The notes: a model not told the origin generated them from the sequence alone. A stretch of 64,000 bases of DNA from Candidatus Omnitrophota bacterium (GCA_049643885.1 JBARQV010000010.1:758-64757); one strand, 5' to 3'. Counted from the stretch's first letter, positions 1 through 9,447 are shown. Numbers and translations: made by a program.

Positions 1-2
1 GC

Positions 3-98
3 GAGCAGGAAGTAAGGCATGCCGGAAAATGCCGCCTGGAAGGGAAAGAGTACATAGTCCAGGACGGCGACATCCTCTTCATCAAATTCAACGTATAA
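3..98 (+). CDS. ychF: Ribosome-binding ATPase YchF, C-terminal fragment (gene begins upstream of window)
   Basis: Frame-3 translation ...[19 protein letters not shown] matches the conserved YchF C-terminal (TGS-domain) end. Stop TAA at 96-98. Not in ORF track because it lacks a start in the window. Confidence 0.6.
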   Translation, partial: EQEVRHAGKCRLEGKEYIVQDGDILFIKFNV

Positions 99-143
99 TC
101 GCCCATCGTCGCTTGCATTATTTATTGCCTGGTCCATTCCTGC

Positions 144-180
144 CAGGGACGTCCGCTTTTCCCAGCGAGAAAATCGGACT
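144..180. repeat. 37-nt hairpin motif copy 1 (cagggacgtccgNttNNcccagcgagRaaatcggact)
   Basis: 33/37 identity to 62316-62352 in the same orientation. Internal inverted repeat gtccgNtt/aaNcggac around the loop cccagcgag. Lies 46 nt after the ychF stop. Confidence 0.5.
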
Positions 181-521
181 CTAAAATTTCCTCGCTCTCG
201 CCGGAAGTCAAGACACAGGCGAACCGTGCCCCCTCGGAAATTTAAAGCCCTGTACGGAACAGATCAGGCAATAAAACTCTCGATTCGCTTGTCTCATTTC
301 ATAAGTTGCATGGTTAAATGTTTGTTCTGTTTTCCCCGAGTAGATGTTTAACCTGTCAGGGTTACGGAAAGGTCCGGGGGTGTGTTCAGTGCGAGTTTCC
401 AAAAAAAAGTGATTTTAGGTCGCTTTTTTTGGACTGTCTGAGCACGGAATACACCCCCGGGCCTTTTCAGCATTCAGATAGATCAAACATCTAATGAACG
501 TTTAATAGGAACGGATAGGCA

Positions 522-558
522 ATAAAAAAGCCACCAGATAAGTCTGATGGGTTTTTTA
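522..558. terminator. Bidirectional intrinsic terminator between convergent ychF and tRNA-Glu
   Basis: Hairpin ccaccagataagtctgatgg (531-550) is preceded by an A-run (524-529) and followed by a T-run (552-557), so it can terminate on either strand. Confidence 0.4.
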
Positions 559-565
559 ATAAAGC

Positions 566-643
<78 letters not shown>

Positions 644-649
644 ACCGTA

Positions 650-669
650 TTTTGGTGCGCGAGGCGAGA
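650..669. repeat. 20-nt direct-repeat copy of the tRNA-Leu(GAG) 3' end
   Basis: ttttggtgcgcgaggcgaga is identical to 841-860 (last 17 nt of tRNA-Leu plus 3 nt of flank). No complete tRNA fold is present here. Confidence 0.7.
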
Positions 670-843
670 AAACCAGCTCCGAATCAAATGAGGAGCGCAG
701 GATCCTCGGCTCGAGCGGATGTTTATTGGGTAAAAAGACCAAGGGAATGTATTTCCTTGGGGGTTTTGCCCAATAAGCATAAAAAGATCAACAGATCTTT
801 TTACAAAAATTTATCTCAAATAGCAAGCGCCGCTATAAATTTT

Positions 844-930
844 TGGTGCGCGAGGCGAGATTTGAACTCGCACAGGATCGCTCCCGCCAGCCCCTCAAGC
901 TGGTGCGTCTGCCAGTTCCGCCACTCGCGC
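844..930 (-). tRNA. tRNA-Leu (anticodon GAG)
   Basis: 87-nt class II tRNA on the reverse strand. Acceptor gcgcgag/ctcgcgc, anticodon loop ttGAGgg, long variable arm, T-arm gcgag-ttcaaat-ctcgc, CCA end. Confidence 0.85.
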
Positions 931-991
931 GGGGTACTTCCAGTAAAAAGAGATTGTAATTCTCTTTTTACAAAAAATCTAGTAGATTTTT

Positions 992-1008
992 TGGCTGGGA
1001 TGCCTGGA
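992..1008. repeat. 17-nt copy of the tRNA-Gln 3' end
   Basis: tggctgggatgcctgga is identical to 3994-4010 (reverse strand of the tRNA-Gln 3' end including CCA). No tRNA fold. Confidence 0.65.
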
Positions 1009-1095
1009 TTATCAGCCATGCTTTCCCAAGTCCTTTATTTAACGCTAATTATACCATTTTTTTTAATATTTGGACAGTTTTGCCAGAATACATAC

Positions 1096-1623
1096 TTATT
1101 GGTCACCCGGGACAGCTGAGAGCATTAACATCGTCCAGCCACTGAATATCAGGTTTATCCCTACAAGCAGGCCGAGCATCCATGCCACGCTGCCGGGGTA
1201 CCCGGAGAAAATAATAGCGGCCAGTATAAGGGCCGCGATACCGCTGGCAAGCATCCAGCCCCAGTTCGACATCGGCCGGAGTTGTACTGCGACGGCGATC
1301 TTTATTACTCCTTCGAACATAAAGAGAATGGCTAAGAGCAGTGTCAGCGTAAGCACGCCCTCGAGCGGATACCGTAGGAACATGATACCGATCGCGAGGT
1401 AAAGTATCCCGATGAGAAGTCTCAGGATACATTTGCCGGAATTTAACGCGCGGAACGAATGGACGATCGTAACAATGCCGCTTAGTACAAGGATCCACCC
1501 GAAGAGAACCTCAACAGCGACAGAGGCAACTAACGGCACTGCTACAGCCGCCGCACCGAGAAGGATCAATATGATCCCCGCGACCAGGAACCATCCTTTA
1601 GTTTCTTGTATGATATCTGACAT
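1096..1623 (-). CDS. HdeD-family (DUF308) acid-resistance-type membrane protein
   Basis: About 175 aa with repeated hydrophobic segments with small-residue (G/A) motifs, 5-6 predicted TM helices. AGGAG RBS 8 nt upstream of the ATG for MSDIIQETKGW, so the ORF-track start at 1659 is probably an overcall. Confidence 0.55.
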   Translation of the reverse strand: MSDIIQETKGWFLVAGIILILLGAAAVAVPLVASVAVEVLFGWILVLSGIVTIVHSFRALNSGKCILRLLIGILYLAIGIMFLRYPLEGVLTLTLLLAILFMFEGVIKIAVAVQLRPMSNWGWMLASGIAALILAAIIFSGYPGSVAWMLGLLVGINLIFSGWTMLMLSAVPGDQ

Positions 1624-2075
1624 ATTAACATTTCTCCTTTTTGAATTATTGTACTGCAATATGGCGGATTATTAAAAGAAAAGACTCAACCCCTTATTGC
1701 ATAAAATTCAAATGTGGCTAACTTATGAAACCTGCCCTGGATCCTCTTTGGCCTGCATGTTTTCTTTATTCAGTTTACGCTGTTTTTTTTCTTCTTTTTT
1801 CTTTTTCTTTGCCAGTTCTTTCTGATGCTTTTGATATGAATAATTATCTCTTGCCAACATACCCTCCTTTTGTCTTGGGGGCCATCCCGCATGGGGGCAC
1901 CCTATAATTTGGATTATACTACTAGGGAATATACTGTCCGGGAAAAACAAAATGCTCTCTGTCAAGCAGGGGGCATTTAAATAAAGATCCTGAGGGGCCT
2001 ACGACAAAATTGGCTCCCCGTATTGGACAACTCTTGTGGACTGCTCGGAGTGAGAGACTAACAAAATCTCTTCTT

Positions 2076-2243
2076 TTAACGACCGCTGTCCTTACGCCTT
2101 GCGAAGCACTCCTTGCAGTATACTGGACGGTCCCCGCTGGGCTTGAAAGGAACTTCGCATTCTTTCTTACATTCTGAACAAGTCACTTTGTGCATCTCCC
2201 GCGGCCGCTTGTCAAATCCACCACCACCTCGCTGATATCCCAT
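2076..2243 (-). CDS. Small zinc-ribbon protein (CxxC-x17-CxxC), 55 aa
   Basis: Not in ORF track (under 60 aa). Reverse-strand ORF MGYQRGGGGFDKRPREMHKVTCSECKKECEVPFKPSGDRPVYCKECFARRKDSGR with AGGAGA RBS 5 nt upstream. Two CxxC pairs 17 residues apart, as in a widespread small zinc-ribbon family. Confidence 0.55.
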   Translation of the reverse strand: MGYQRGGGGFDKRPREMHKVTCSECKKECEVPFKPSGDRPVYCKECFARRKDSGR

Positions 2244-2324
2244 CTTGTCTCCTTTTTGTTTTTATTAACAATAATTATACACTAAAAAAGCCCCTTGCAA
2301 CTTATTTGCTAGGATTTAAAGCCA

Positions 2325-2344
2325 TGGCTGGGATGCCTGGACTC
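2325..2344. repeat. 20-nt copy of the tRNA-Gln 3' end
   Basis: tggctgggatgcctggactc is identical to 3994-4013. Flanking sequence diverges, so it is not a tRNA. Confidence 0.7.
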
Positions 2345-2373
2345 TCCCAGATTTAAGTTCAATTTTACCATTT

Positions 2374-2419
2374 CACCACCAAAATCACCACCAAAAACAC
2401 CACCAAAAACACCAAAAAC
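2374..2419. repeat. Short tandem repeat (CACCACCAAAAA-like, about 4 units)
   Basis: caccaccaaaatcaccaccaaaaacaccaccaaaaacaccaaaaac lies immediately 3' of the radical SAM gene. Confidence 0.6.
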
Positions 2420-2425
2420 TACTAT

Positions 2426-3877
2426 TTATTTGTTCTTTATGAATATACGTTTCAGGGAATCGCCGAGTCGGTTTTTTTTCAATTCTCGGGCGATTATATT
2501 TTTAAACAAACGAGGGCTCACTCCTAAAAATGAAATGACTTCACTAAACCCAAAAAATCTTATTACCAGAACTTTTTTCAACATTTTCAAAAGACCAAAT
2601 GGTGTATAAAAAGAAAATTTTATCTTTCTGCCTATTTTTTTTAAGGTAGCGTGGCTATAATTATCCGAATAAAGTTCGCCCCTCTCGGTAACATGGTAAC
2701 CGGGTGTTTCTTCCGCTATTTTTTTAAGAGGCGAGAATTTCTCTATTCTTAACTTCTGAAAAGTAATGGAGTCAAGGCTTATCTCCTTTGCGAATTTCGA
2801 TATATACAACATTTCTTCCTCGGTCTCGCCTATGTTGCCATAAATAAAGTAGCCATGGTAGTAGATGGGGTATTTTTTTAGCACAGCAAAGCATTTTCTT
2901 ATGGTGTCTGAGTCGAAACCCTTGTTAAGCTCAGCCAGTATACGATTGTGCGGAGATTCTATACCTATCAAGAGTATCTTGAATCCCGCCCGAACCATCT
3001 TGCTTAGAAGCTTAGGATGTTTGGCTATTTCGATACGGGTCTGTGCTATAAAACGTTTTTTTATTTTGCGTGCTATTATTAAATCGCAAATCTCTTCTGC
3101 CCTTTTTGCATTTGTGAAAAAGTTATCATCGCTAAAAAGTACGGTATTGGCGGTTATTTGTTCTATCTCTTCGATAACAGATTCAACGCTACGTGCCGCA
3201 TAGTATCTCTTTTGACCCAGCGGATTCAAGCTGAATGTGCAAAACTTGCACTCGTAAGGACATCCTCTCGCGCTCAAAACTGTATCAAACGTTAAATTTG
3301 TCACGTTGAGACCGTTTAATATTAAGCGATGTTTGTTCCGCCTTAAATTGCGATCGGGTGTTGCTATGTCGTTTACTTCCTGCAAAGATCTATTTTCATT
3401 ATGAATCACCTTGCTGTTTGCTCTATAAGAAATACCTAAAATATTTTCGAGCGGCAGCCCTTTTAGTATCTCTTTTGTCGTCTCTTCTCCCTCGCCTCTT
3501 ACAATAATGTCTATTTTTGGACAGGCCCGAAAGAGCTCCTCGCCCTGCTCTGTCGCCTTATATCCGCCTACGACTAAAGGCATATTATCCGGCATGCGGT
3601 TTAGCAGGTCACAGATTTCTTTGAATTGGCGATCCCACCCAATGCTAACGAATATAATATCTATTTCCCTGCGTATAAAATCCAGCAGCTTATCGGGATC
3701 GCAAAAATCTTTTTCAGACCTCAGGTCAAGAAGGGTTATTTTATCCACAAGACCCTTGGCGCTTGTCGCTACATACTCAAGGCCTGTAGGCGGGAAAAGC
3801 CCCCTCATGCTTGTTGTGTTTTTTTCGATATACGGATTTAGAAATAAGGCGTGTTTATGTTTCATCTTTAATAACAT
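2426..3877 (-). CDS. B12-binding domain radical SAM protein
   Basis: N-terminal cobalamin-binding-like domain, then a CxxxCxxC radical SAM motif (GCPYECKFCTF). The first few residues (MLLKMKHKH) may be an N-terminal overcall. Confidence 0.75.
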   Translation of the reverse strand: MLLKMKHKHALFLNPYIEKNTTSMRGLFPPTGLEYVATSAKGLVDKITLLDLRSEKDFCDPDKLLDFIRREIDIIFVSIGWDRQFKEICDLLNRMPDNMPLVVGGYKATEQGEELFRACPKIDIIVRGEGEETTKEILKGLPLENILGISYRANSKVIHNENRSLQEVNDIATPDRNLRRNKHRLILNGLNVTNLTFDTVLSARGCPYECKFCTFSLNPLGQKRYYAARSVESVIEEIEQITANTVLFSDDNFFTNAKRAEEICDLIIARKIKKRFIAQTRIEIAKHPKLLSKMVRAGFKILLIGIESPHNRILAELNKGFDSDTIRKCFAVLKKYPIYYHGYFIYGNIGETEEEMLYISKFAKEISLDSITFQKLRIEKFSPLKKIAEETPGYHVTERGELYSDNYSHATLKKIGRKIKFSFYTPFGLLKMLKKVLVIRFFGFSEVISFLGVSPRLFKNIIARELKKNRLGDSLKRIFIKNK

Positions 3878-3993
3878 TTAGGGTTCTGACTTCAAAACTG
3901 ATCCATTGTATTCTTAAAAGTTGCTCTTTGCAAGCTAGCTTATCCTTGCAATCCGAAGGACACCCAGGCAAGAAGGATGGGATTAAACAAGAC

Positions 3994-4067
3994 TGGCTGG
4001 GATGCCTGGACTCGAACCAGGAACAAATGTTCCAGAGACATTCGTGTTACCATTACACCACATCCCA
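3994..4067 (-). tRNA. tRNA-Gln (anticodon CUG)
   Basis: 74-nt reverse-strand tRNA tgggatg...catcccagcca. U1-A72 acceptor typical of tRNA-Gln, anticodon loop ctCTGga, T-arm cctgg-ttcgagt-ccagg. Immediately upstream of glnS. Confidence 0.85.
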
Positions 4068-4092
4068 GCGCTATATTGTGGACAATATTATA

Positions 4093-5769
4093 TTATTTAT
4101 CCTTCTTGCTTTCAATCTTTTTCCAAGTATCGCGTAAAGTCACCGTGCGGTTAAAAACCGGTTTTTTGTCAGAGGAGTCGGCCGGGTCGACAAAGAAATA
4201 ACCCTGCCTTTCGAACTGGTACCTGCTTCCCGACGAGGCGTCTTTCAGGCTCGGCTCGAGCTTACAGGATTTTAAAACTTCCAGCGAATTCGGGTTCAGA
4301 TTGGACCTATAATCCTTGCCTTCTTCCACTTCCTCGGGATCCCGTTTTGTAAATAGATACTCATACAGGCGAACCTCTGCCTCTGTCGCATGCTTGGCTG
4401 ATACCCAATGCAACGTGCCTTTAACCTTACGTCCGTCCGGGGCATCCCCTCCCCGTGTTTCAGGATCGTGCGTGCAATGAAGTTCCAGTATCTCTCCATT
4501 TGCATCCTTGATAACCTCATCGCATTTAATGAAATACGCATACCGCAAGCGAACTTCTTTTCCCGGGGCCAGACGGAAGAATTTCTTCGGCGGGTCTTCC
4601 CTGAAATCATCGCGCTCGATGTAGAGTTCGCGTGAAAACGGAACTTTTCTGGTCCCCATGTCCGGGGCTTCCGGATTATTGATCGCGTCCAGCTCTTCTT
4701 CGTCTTCCGGATAGTTAGTGATCACTACTTTTAAGGGACGTAAAACCGCCATTGCGCGGAGGGCTGTCTTATTTAATTCTTCGCGGATACTGTTCTCAAG
4801 CTGGACAACATCTACGATGCTATTCATCCTCGCTACCCCGATCTTCTCACAAAAATCCCTGATCGATCCGGGCGTATACCCCCGTCTTCTTAGGCCCGAT
4901 ATTGTAGGCATCCGGGGGTCATCCCAACCGTTCACATGCCCGCCTTCTACAAGCTCCAAAAGTTTTCTTTTGCTCAAAATAGTATTACTAAGATTGAGGC
5001 GCGCAAACTCCATCTGCTGGGGATGGTAAGCCCCTAGCTCATCCAGGAACCAGTCATATAACTGGCGGTGAGTCTCGAATTCTAAAGTGCAAATGGAGTG
5101 GGTGATCTTTTCTATCGAATCTTCGAGACCGTGGGCCCAATCATACATGGGGTATATGCACCACTTGCCGCCTGTGCGATGATGTTCGGCGTGCAATATG
5201 CGGTACATAACAGGATCACGCATTAAAAGATTCGGGTGTGTCATGTCGATCTTCGCGCGTAATGTTTTCGAGCCGTCAGGAAACTCCCCTTTCTGCATGC
5301 GTTCGAACAGGTCCAGATTCTCTTCGGCAGACCGGTCCCTGTAGGGGCTGTTTTCCCCCGGCTCGGTAATGGTGCCTCGGTATTCCCTGACCTCTTCAAG
5401 CGTCTGATCACAGACGAATGCTTTCCCTTTCTTGATGAGCAGGACCGCGTATTCGTACATCTCGTCAAAATAGTCAGAAGCGTAAAACAGTCTGTCCTGC
5501 CAGTCCGCGCCCAGCCACTTGACATCCTCGATAATAGAGTCGACGTATTCCTGTTCTTCTTTGCAGGGGTTGGTATCGTCGAACCTAAGATTGAATTTGC
5601 CGTTATAGTCCCTGGCTATGCCGTGATTAAGGCATATCGCCTTGGCATGGCCCACGTGCAGGTACCCGTTGGGCTCGGGAGGAAAACGGGTATGGACCCT
5701 GCCTTCGTTCTTCCCCGCCGTCAGGTCCGCGTCAATTATGTCCCTTATGAAATTCGAAGTCTTCCTCAT
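4093..5769 (-). CDS. glnS: Glutaminyl-tRNA synthetase
   Basis: [11 protein letters not shown]...[23 protein letters not shown]...FDDTNP gives very strong class I GlnRS N-terminal identity. 558 aa. Confidence 0.93.
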   Translation of the reverse strand: MRKTSNFIRDIIDADLTAGKNEGRVHTRFPPEPNGYLHVGHAKAICLNHGIARDYNGKFNLRFDDTNPCKEEQEYVDSIIEDVKWLGADWQDRLFYASDYFDEMYEYAVLLIKKGKAFVCDQTLEEVREYRGTITEPGENSPYRDRSAEENLDLFERMQKGEFPDGSKTLRAKIDMTHPNLLMRDPVMYRILHAEHHRTGGKWCIYPMYDWAHGLEDSIEKITHSICTLEFETHRQLYDWFLDELGAYHPQQMEFARLNLSNTILSKRKLLELVEGGHVNGWDDPRMPTISGLRRRGYTPGSIRDFCEKIGVARMNSIVDVVQLENSIREELNKTALRAMAVLRPLKVVITNYPEDEEELDAINNPEAPDMGTRKVPFSRELYIERDDFREDPPKKFFRLAPGKEVRLRYAYFIKCDEVIKDANGEILELHCTHDPETRGGDAPDGRKVKGTLHWVSAKHATEAEVRLYEYLFTKRDPEEVEEGKDYRSNLNPNSLEVLKSCKLEPSLKDASSGSRYQFERQGYFFVDPADSSDKKPVFNRTVTLRDTWKKIESKKDK

Positions 5770-5851
5770 ATGTTACTCTCGAAAAATAAAAGTGATTAAT
5801 GATCGCTGCTGAATGAGCGGTTCTGTACGGGACGTTCCCGGCAAGAACAGC

Positions 5852-7135
5852 TCATCCGGCAGCCCTCTTCATTCTTTCCAGCACTTTTTCTTTTCCCAAA
5901 ACTTCCATCATCTCGAACAAGCCCGCGCCTTGCGATTTTCCGCTTATGGCTACGCGGGTCGGATGGATTATCTGGGCGGCTTTCAGGTTTCTTTCCTCGG
6001 CGATCTCACGGCAAATGCTCTCGATTTTCTCATGTGAGAAGTCATCAAGCGCCTCGAGCCTGCCGGCGAATATCCCGACGTTCTCCTTGTTGCCCTGAGC
6101 GCTGAGATGCTTATTTTTCGCTTTTTCATCTACCACGAAATCGTCCTTGAAAAAATAATCTGTAAGCTCCGAAAATTCGTTCAAGGTCTTCATCCTGACC
6201 TTGTAAAGCCCGATGACCTTTAAGATATGATCATCCTGTATCCCTGACATGTCTAGCCCGGCGGAAACAAGCCGGTCCTTGATAAGCGGGAGTAGCTTGT
6301 CGGTATTGGATGCCATTATATGCTCGCCATTCAGCCACCGGAGTTTCTGAATGTCGAACATCGCCTGAACATCCTTCAGATCTTCCAGTTTGAATATCTT
6401 TACCGCTTCTCCCAATGAGATCACTTCCCGGTCTTCTCCCGGAGACCATCCCAGGAGCAAAAGATAATTGGCCAGGGCCTCCGGCAGAAATCCTTCATCC
6501 TTGTATTCCTCTACGGAGACTCCCCCATGCCTTTTTGAAAGTTTCGCCCCGTCAGTTCCCATCATGAGCGGTATGTGCGCGAACCGCGGCGGTTCGAGCC
6601 CCATGGCTTCGTAGAAAAGTATCTGTTTGGGTGTATTGGAGATATGGTCATCTCCCCTGATTATGTGGGTGATGTTGAGATAAGCGTCATCGACCACGCA
6701 ACAGAAATTATAAGCGGGGGAACCGTCCGACTTGATCATCACTTGGTCTTTTATCTCATCGGTATTGAAAGTTATCCTGCCGTGGATAATGTCATCGACC
6801 TCGATCGTCCTGCCCTTCTCTACCTTGAATATGATCGCGTCGCCTTCGCGGTAAGCCTTACCTCCCCCGAGGATCTTTTCCGCTTTCTCGCGGTAGACAT
6901 CGAATCTTTTGCTCTGGTATATAGGTTCTTCGTCCCAATCGAGCCCCATCCATTTCAAGTCTTCAAGGATCTCTTTAAGATACTTTTCGTCTGACCTCTC
7001 GCGGTCCGTATCCTCTATCCTCAGCAGGAATTTTCCTCCGGTGCGCCGGGCGTAAAGCCAGTTAAAAAGCGCCGTCCTGGCGCTTCCCAGGTGAAGGTAA
7101 CCCGTGGGGCTCGGGGCAAAACGGACGATCACCAT
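5852..7135 (-). CDS. gltX: Glutamyl-tRNA synthetase
   Basis: PSPTGYLHLGSARTALFNWL HIGH-type motif and KLSKRHG KMSKS motif, with a C-terminal anticodon-binding region. 427 aa. Confidence 0.88.
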   Translation of the reverse strand: MVIVRFAPSPTGYLHLGSARTALFNWLYARRTGGKFLLRIEDTDRERSDEKYLKEILEDLKWMGLDWDEEPIYQSKRFDVYREKAEKILGGGKAYREGDAIIFKVEKGRTIEVDDIIHGRITFNTDEIKDQVMIKSDGSPAYNFCCVVDDAYLNITHIIRGDDHISNTPKQILFYEAMGLEPPRFAHIPLMMGTDGAKLSKRHGGVSVEEYKDEGFLPEALANYLLLLGWSPGEDREVISLGEAVKIFKLEDLKDVQAMFDIQKLRWLNGEHIMASNTDKLLPLIKDRLVSAGLDMSGIQDDHILKVIGLYKVRMKTLNEFSELTDYFFKDDFVVDEKAKNKHLSAQGNKENVGIFAGRLEALDDFSHEKIESICREIAEERNLKAAQIIHPTRVAISGKSQGAGLFEMMEVLGKEKVLERMKRAAG

Positions 7136-7692
7136 CAGGCGCTACCTTTCTTTCCCAGCTCTATCCCTCTTTCCAGGGCTTTTATATTTATCGACACGAG
7201 TTTCTTTTGTCCCATGGCCAGTTTCTCAAAGATGCCGGACAAGAGTTCCTTATCGAACAATGTCTTTCCCGCGAGATATGTTCCCATGGCGATCATGTTG
7301 GCGACTTTCACGTTCCCGAGCTTTATAGCCTCATCGGTAAAAGGGACCTTGACCACTTTAATGTCTTTTCTGTTGACTTCACGGTTCACCATGGAAGAAT
7401 TCAATATAAGGGTCCCGTTCTTTTTGATACTTTTTTCAAATTTATCCAAGGAAAGTTCGTTCATGATAAATCCCGTATCCGCCAAAAAAATGATCGGGTT
7501 GGCTATCATCTCAGAACTGACCCTGACCATGCAATGCGCCGTTCCTCCGCGCACTTCGGCACCATACGAAGGCATCCAGGTCACATGGTACCCCTTATCC
7601 ATGCCGGCGTTGGCAATGACCTTGCCGAGAATCATTATCCCTTGTCCGCCGAACCCTGCACAAATTATATCTTCACTTATTTTCTTATCCAC
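7135..7692 (-). CDS. 2-oxoacid:ferredoxin oxidoreductase, gamma subunit
   Basis: GFGGQGIMILGKVIANAGM signature of the POR/KOR gamma family. Last gene of the delta-alpha-beta-gamma operon. Confidence 0.85.
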   Translation of the reverse strand: MDKKISEDIICAGFGGQGIMILGKVIANAGMDKGYHVTWMPSYGAEVRGGTAHCMVRVSSEMIANPIIFLADTGFIMNELSLDKFEKSIKKNGTLILNSSMVNREVNRKDIKVVKVPFTDEAIKLGNVKVANMIAMGTYLAGKTLFDKELLSGIFEKLAMGQKKLVSINIKALERGIELGKKGSA

Positions 7693-8422
7693 TGTCCTTT
7701 ATCACTCCCAACGGGTATTCTTTTATAACTTCCTCCCCTATGCGTTCCATGGCCTTGAGCGGGGTCATCCCCCAGTAAGTAGGGCAGGGGGAGAGGACTT
7801 CGACCATGGAAAACCCTTTTCCATCAAGCTGGGTCTGGAAAGACTTTTTAATAGCTCTTTTAGTATTCAATATTTCCTTGACTGAATGAACAGAGACCCT
7901 TTCCAGATATCTCGCGCCGGGAAGAACCGCCATCATCTCCGTGATCTTCATGGGAAACCCTTCTTCTATGGCCCTGCGAGTAAATGGCGTCGTTGCTGTT
8001 TTTTGTCCCAGAAGCGTGGTCGGGGCCATCTGCCCACCTGTCATTCCGTAGACACCGTTGTTTACGAAAATAACCGAGATATTTTCACCTCGGTTACCGG
8101 CATGAATGATCTCAGCCGTCCCTATCGCCGCCAGGTCCCCATCCCCCTGGTAGGTGAAGACCAGCTTGTCGGGCAAGACGCGTTTTATGCCGGTAGCTAC
8201 CGCGGGAGTGCGTCCGTGGGCGGCCTCCGTGACATCGAAATCCCAGTAATCATATGCCAGGACCGCGCACCCTACCGGAGCAACAGCGATAGTTTTTTCA
8301 CGGACCCCGAGTTCGTCAATAACCTCGCAGACAAGACGGTGTATGAGGCCGTGCCCGCAACCGGGGCAATAATGTGTGGCCGCGTCTTTCATCGATTCCG
8401 GTTTTATAAACTGTTTACCCAT
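7685..8422 (-). CDS. 2-oxoacid:ferredoxin oxidoreductase, beta subunit (TPP-binding)
   Basis: CPGCGHG motif and GDG...NN TPP-binding motif (YQGDGDLAAIG...NNGVYGMTGGQ). Confidence 0.88.
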   Translation of the reverse strand: MGKQFIKPESMKDAATHYCPGCGHGLIHRLVCEVIDELGVREKTIAVAPVGCAVLAYDYWDFDVTEAAHGRTPAVATGIKRVLPDKLVFTYQGDGDLAAIGTAEIIHAGNRGENISVIFVNNGVYGMTGGQMAPTTLLGQKTATTPFTRRAIEEGFPMKITEMMAVLPGARYLERVSVHSVKEILNTKRAIKKSFQTQLDGKGFSMVEVLSPCPTYWGMTPLKAMERIGEEVIKEYPLGVIKDSG

Positions 8423-9447
8423 TTTATTATCTCATCTTCTTCAGGGATCCCTCCGCCGGTCCTCCCGTAAAAGGAAACCCTGCTATCGTCCTGTACGGCA
8501 AGCCGGACGTCTTCAACCATCTGCCCGGCGCTCATCTCGGTGACTAGAAACTCGCATCCCCTATTTGCGAATTTTTTTATCTCATTATACGGAAAAGGCC
8601 ATAAAGTAATAGGCCGCACCAATCCCGCCTTTTTCCCGTTTTCTCTAAGCCGATCGACAGAGGAACGGGCTATCCGGCTCGCTGTCCCGTAAGCGACGAT
8701 GATGTTCTCCGCGTCGTCCGTATTATATGTTTCAACTGCAACCTCTTCTTTCTCGATCACACGATATTTGTCCTGTAACTTCTGGTTGAGTTTCTCCAAC
8801 GCTCCTTCTCCCAGCAAAAGGCTTTTTATGCTCTGCGGTTCTCTCCCTTCAGCCCCGGTCAATGCCCAAGGCTTTTCTATCACTCCCGGGGCTTTGATAT
8901 CATCATCAAATTCCAAAGGTTCCATCATCTGGCCCAGCATGCCGTCAGCCAGGACCATTACCGGCATCCGGTACTTATCCGCTAAAGCGAATGCCCGGTA
9001 CGTAAAATCGAACATCTCCTGCACGGTGGCCGGGGCCAAAACTATCATTCGGTAATCCCCGTGCCCGCCTCCTTTCGTAGCCTGGAAATAGTCGGACTGG
9101 GAAGGCGCGATATTTCCGAGCCCGGGGCCTCCTCTCATGACATTGACGATCACGGCAGGCAGTTCACAGCCCGCCAGGTAAGAAATGCCTTCCTGCTTTA
9201 GGCTGACGCCTGGACTGGAAGAAGTGGTGAAAGCGCGTTTACCGGCGACTGAAGCGCCGAATACCATGTTAATGGCGGAAACTTCGCTTTCTGACTGGAT
9301 AAAGATGCCGTTTTCTTCGCCCATCCTGCGGGACATGTACGCGGTCAGTTCGTTCTGGGGAGTGATCGGGTATCCAGCATAAAACCTGCACCCGGCGCGT
9401 ATGGCGCCCTCCCCGCAAGCTTCATTCCCTGTCGACAAATACTTCAT
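8404..9447 (-). CDS. 2-oxoacid:ferredoxin oxidoreductase, alpha subunit
   Basis: GNEACGEGAIRAGCRFYAGYPITPQNEL POR/KOR alpha N-terminal signature. Confidence 0.88.
   Translation of the reverse strand: MKYLSTGNEACGEGAIRAGCRFYAGYPITPQNELTAYMSRRMGEENGIFIQSESEVSAINMVFGASVAGKRAFTTSSSPGVSLKQEGISYLAGCELPAVIVNVMRGGPGLGNIAPSQSDYFQATKGGGHGDYRMIVLAPATVQEMFDFTYRAFALADKYRMPVMVLADGMLGQMMEPLEFDDDIKAPGVIEKPWALTGAEGREPQSIKSLLLGEGALEKLNQKLQDKYRVIEKEEVAVETYNTDDAENIIVAYGTASRIARSSVDRLRENGKKAGLVRPITLWPFPYNEIKKFANRGCEFLVTEMSAGQMVEDVRLAVQDDSRVSFYGRTGGGIPEEDEIIKWVNSL

Noticed and set aside
208-402. 64-aa reverse-strand ORF in the ychF-tRNA-Glu spacer
   Set aside because: Lies within hairpin-rich non-coding sequence, with no RBS. 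Spurious.
651-740. Second tRNA-Leu gene next to tRNA-Glu
   Set aside because: Only the 3'-terminal 17 nt plus flank match tRNA-Leu. No complementary 5' acceptor strand or T-arm can be formed. Recorded as an att-like fragment instead.
652-1119. 155-aa plus-strand ORF
   Set aside because: Antisense to tRNA-Leu and spans the tRNA fragments, with no RBS. Spurious.
1723-1965. 80-aa lysine-rich reverse-strand ORF (and the 60-aa plus-strand ORF opposite it)
   Set aside because: Mostly K/E low complexity. The only Shine-Dalgarno (GGAGG) is 2 nt from the internal ATG, or 5 nt from a TTG. It could be a real small basic protein but support is too weak to call.
7091-7885. 264-aa and neighbouring plus-strand ORFs opposite the oxidoreductase genes
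   Set aside because: They are entirely antisense to strongly supported kor/por subunit genes. Typical shadow ORFs.
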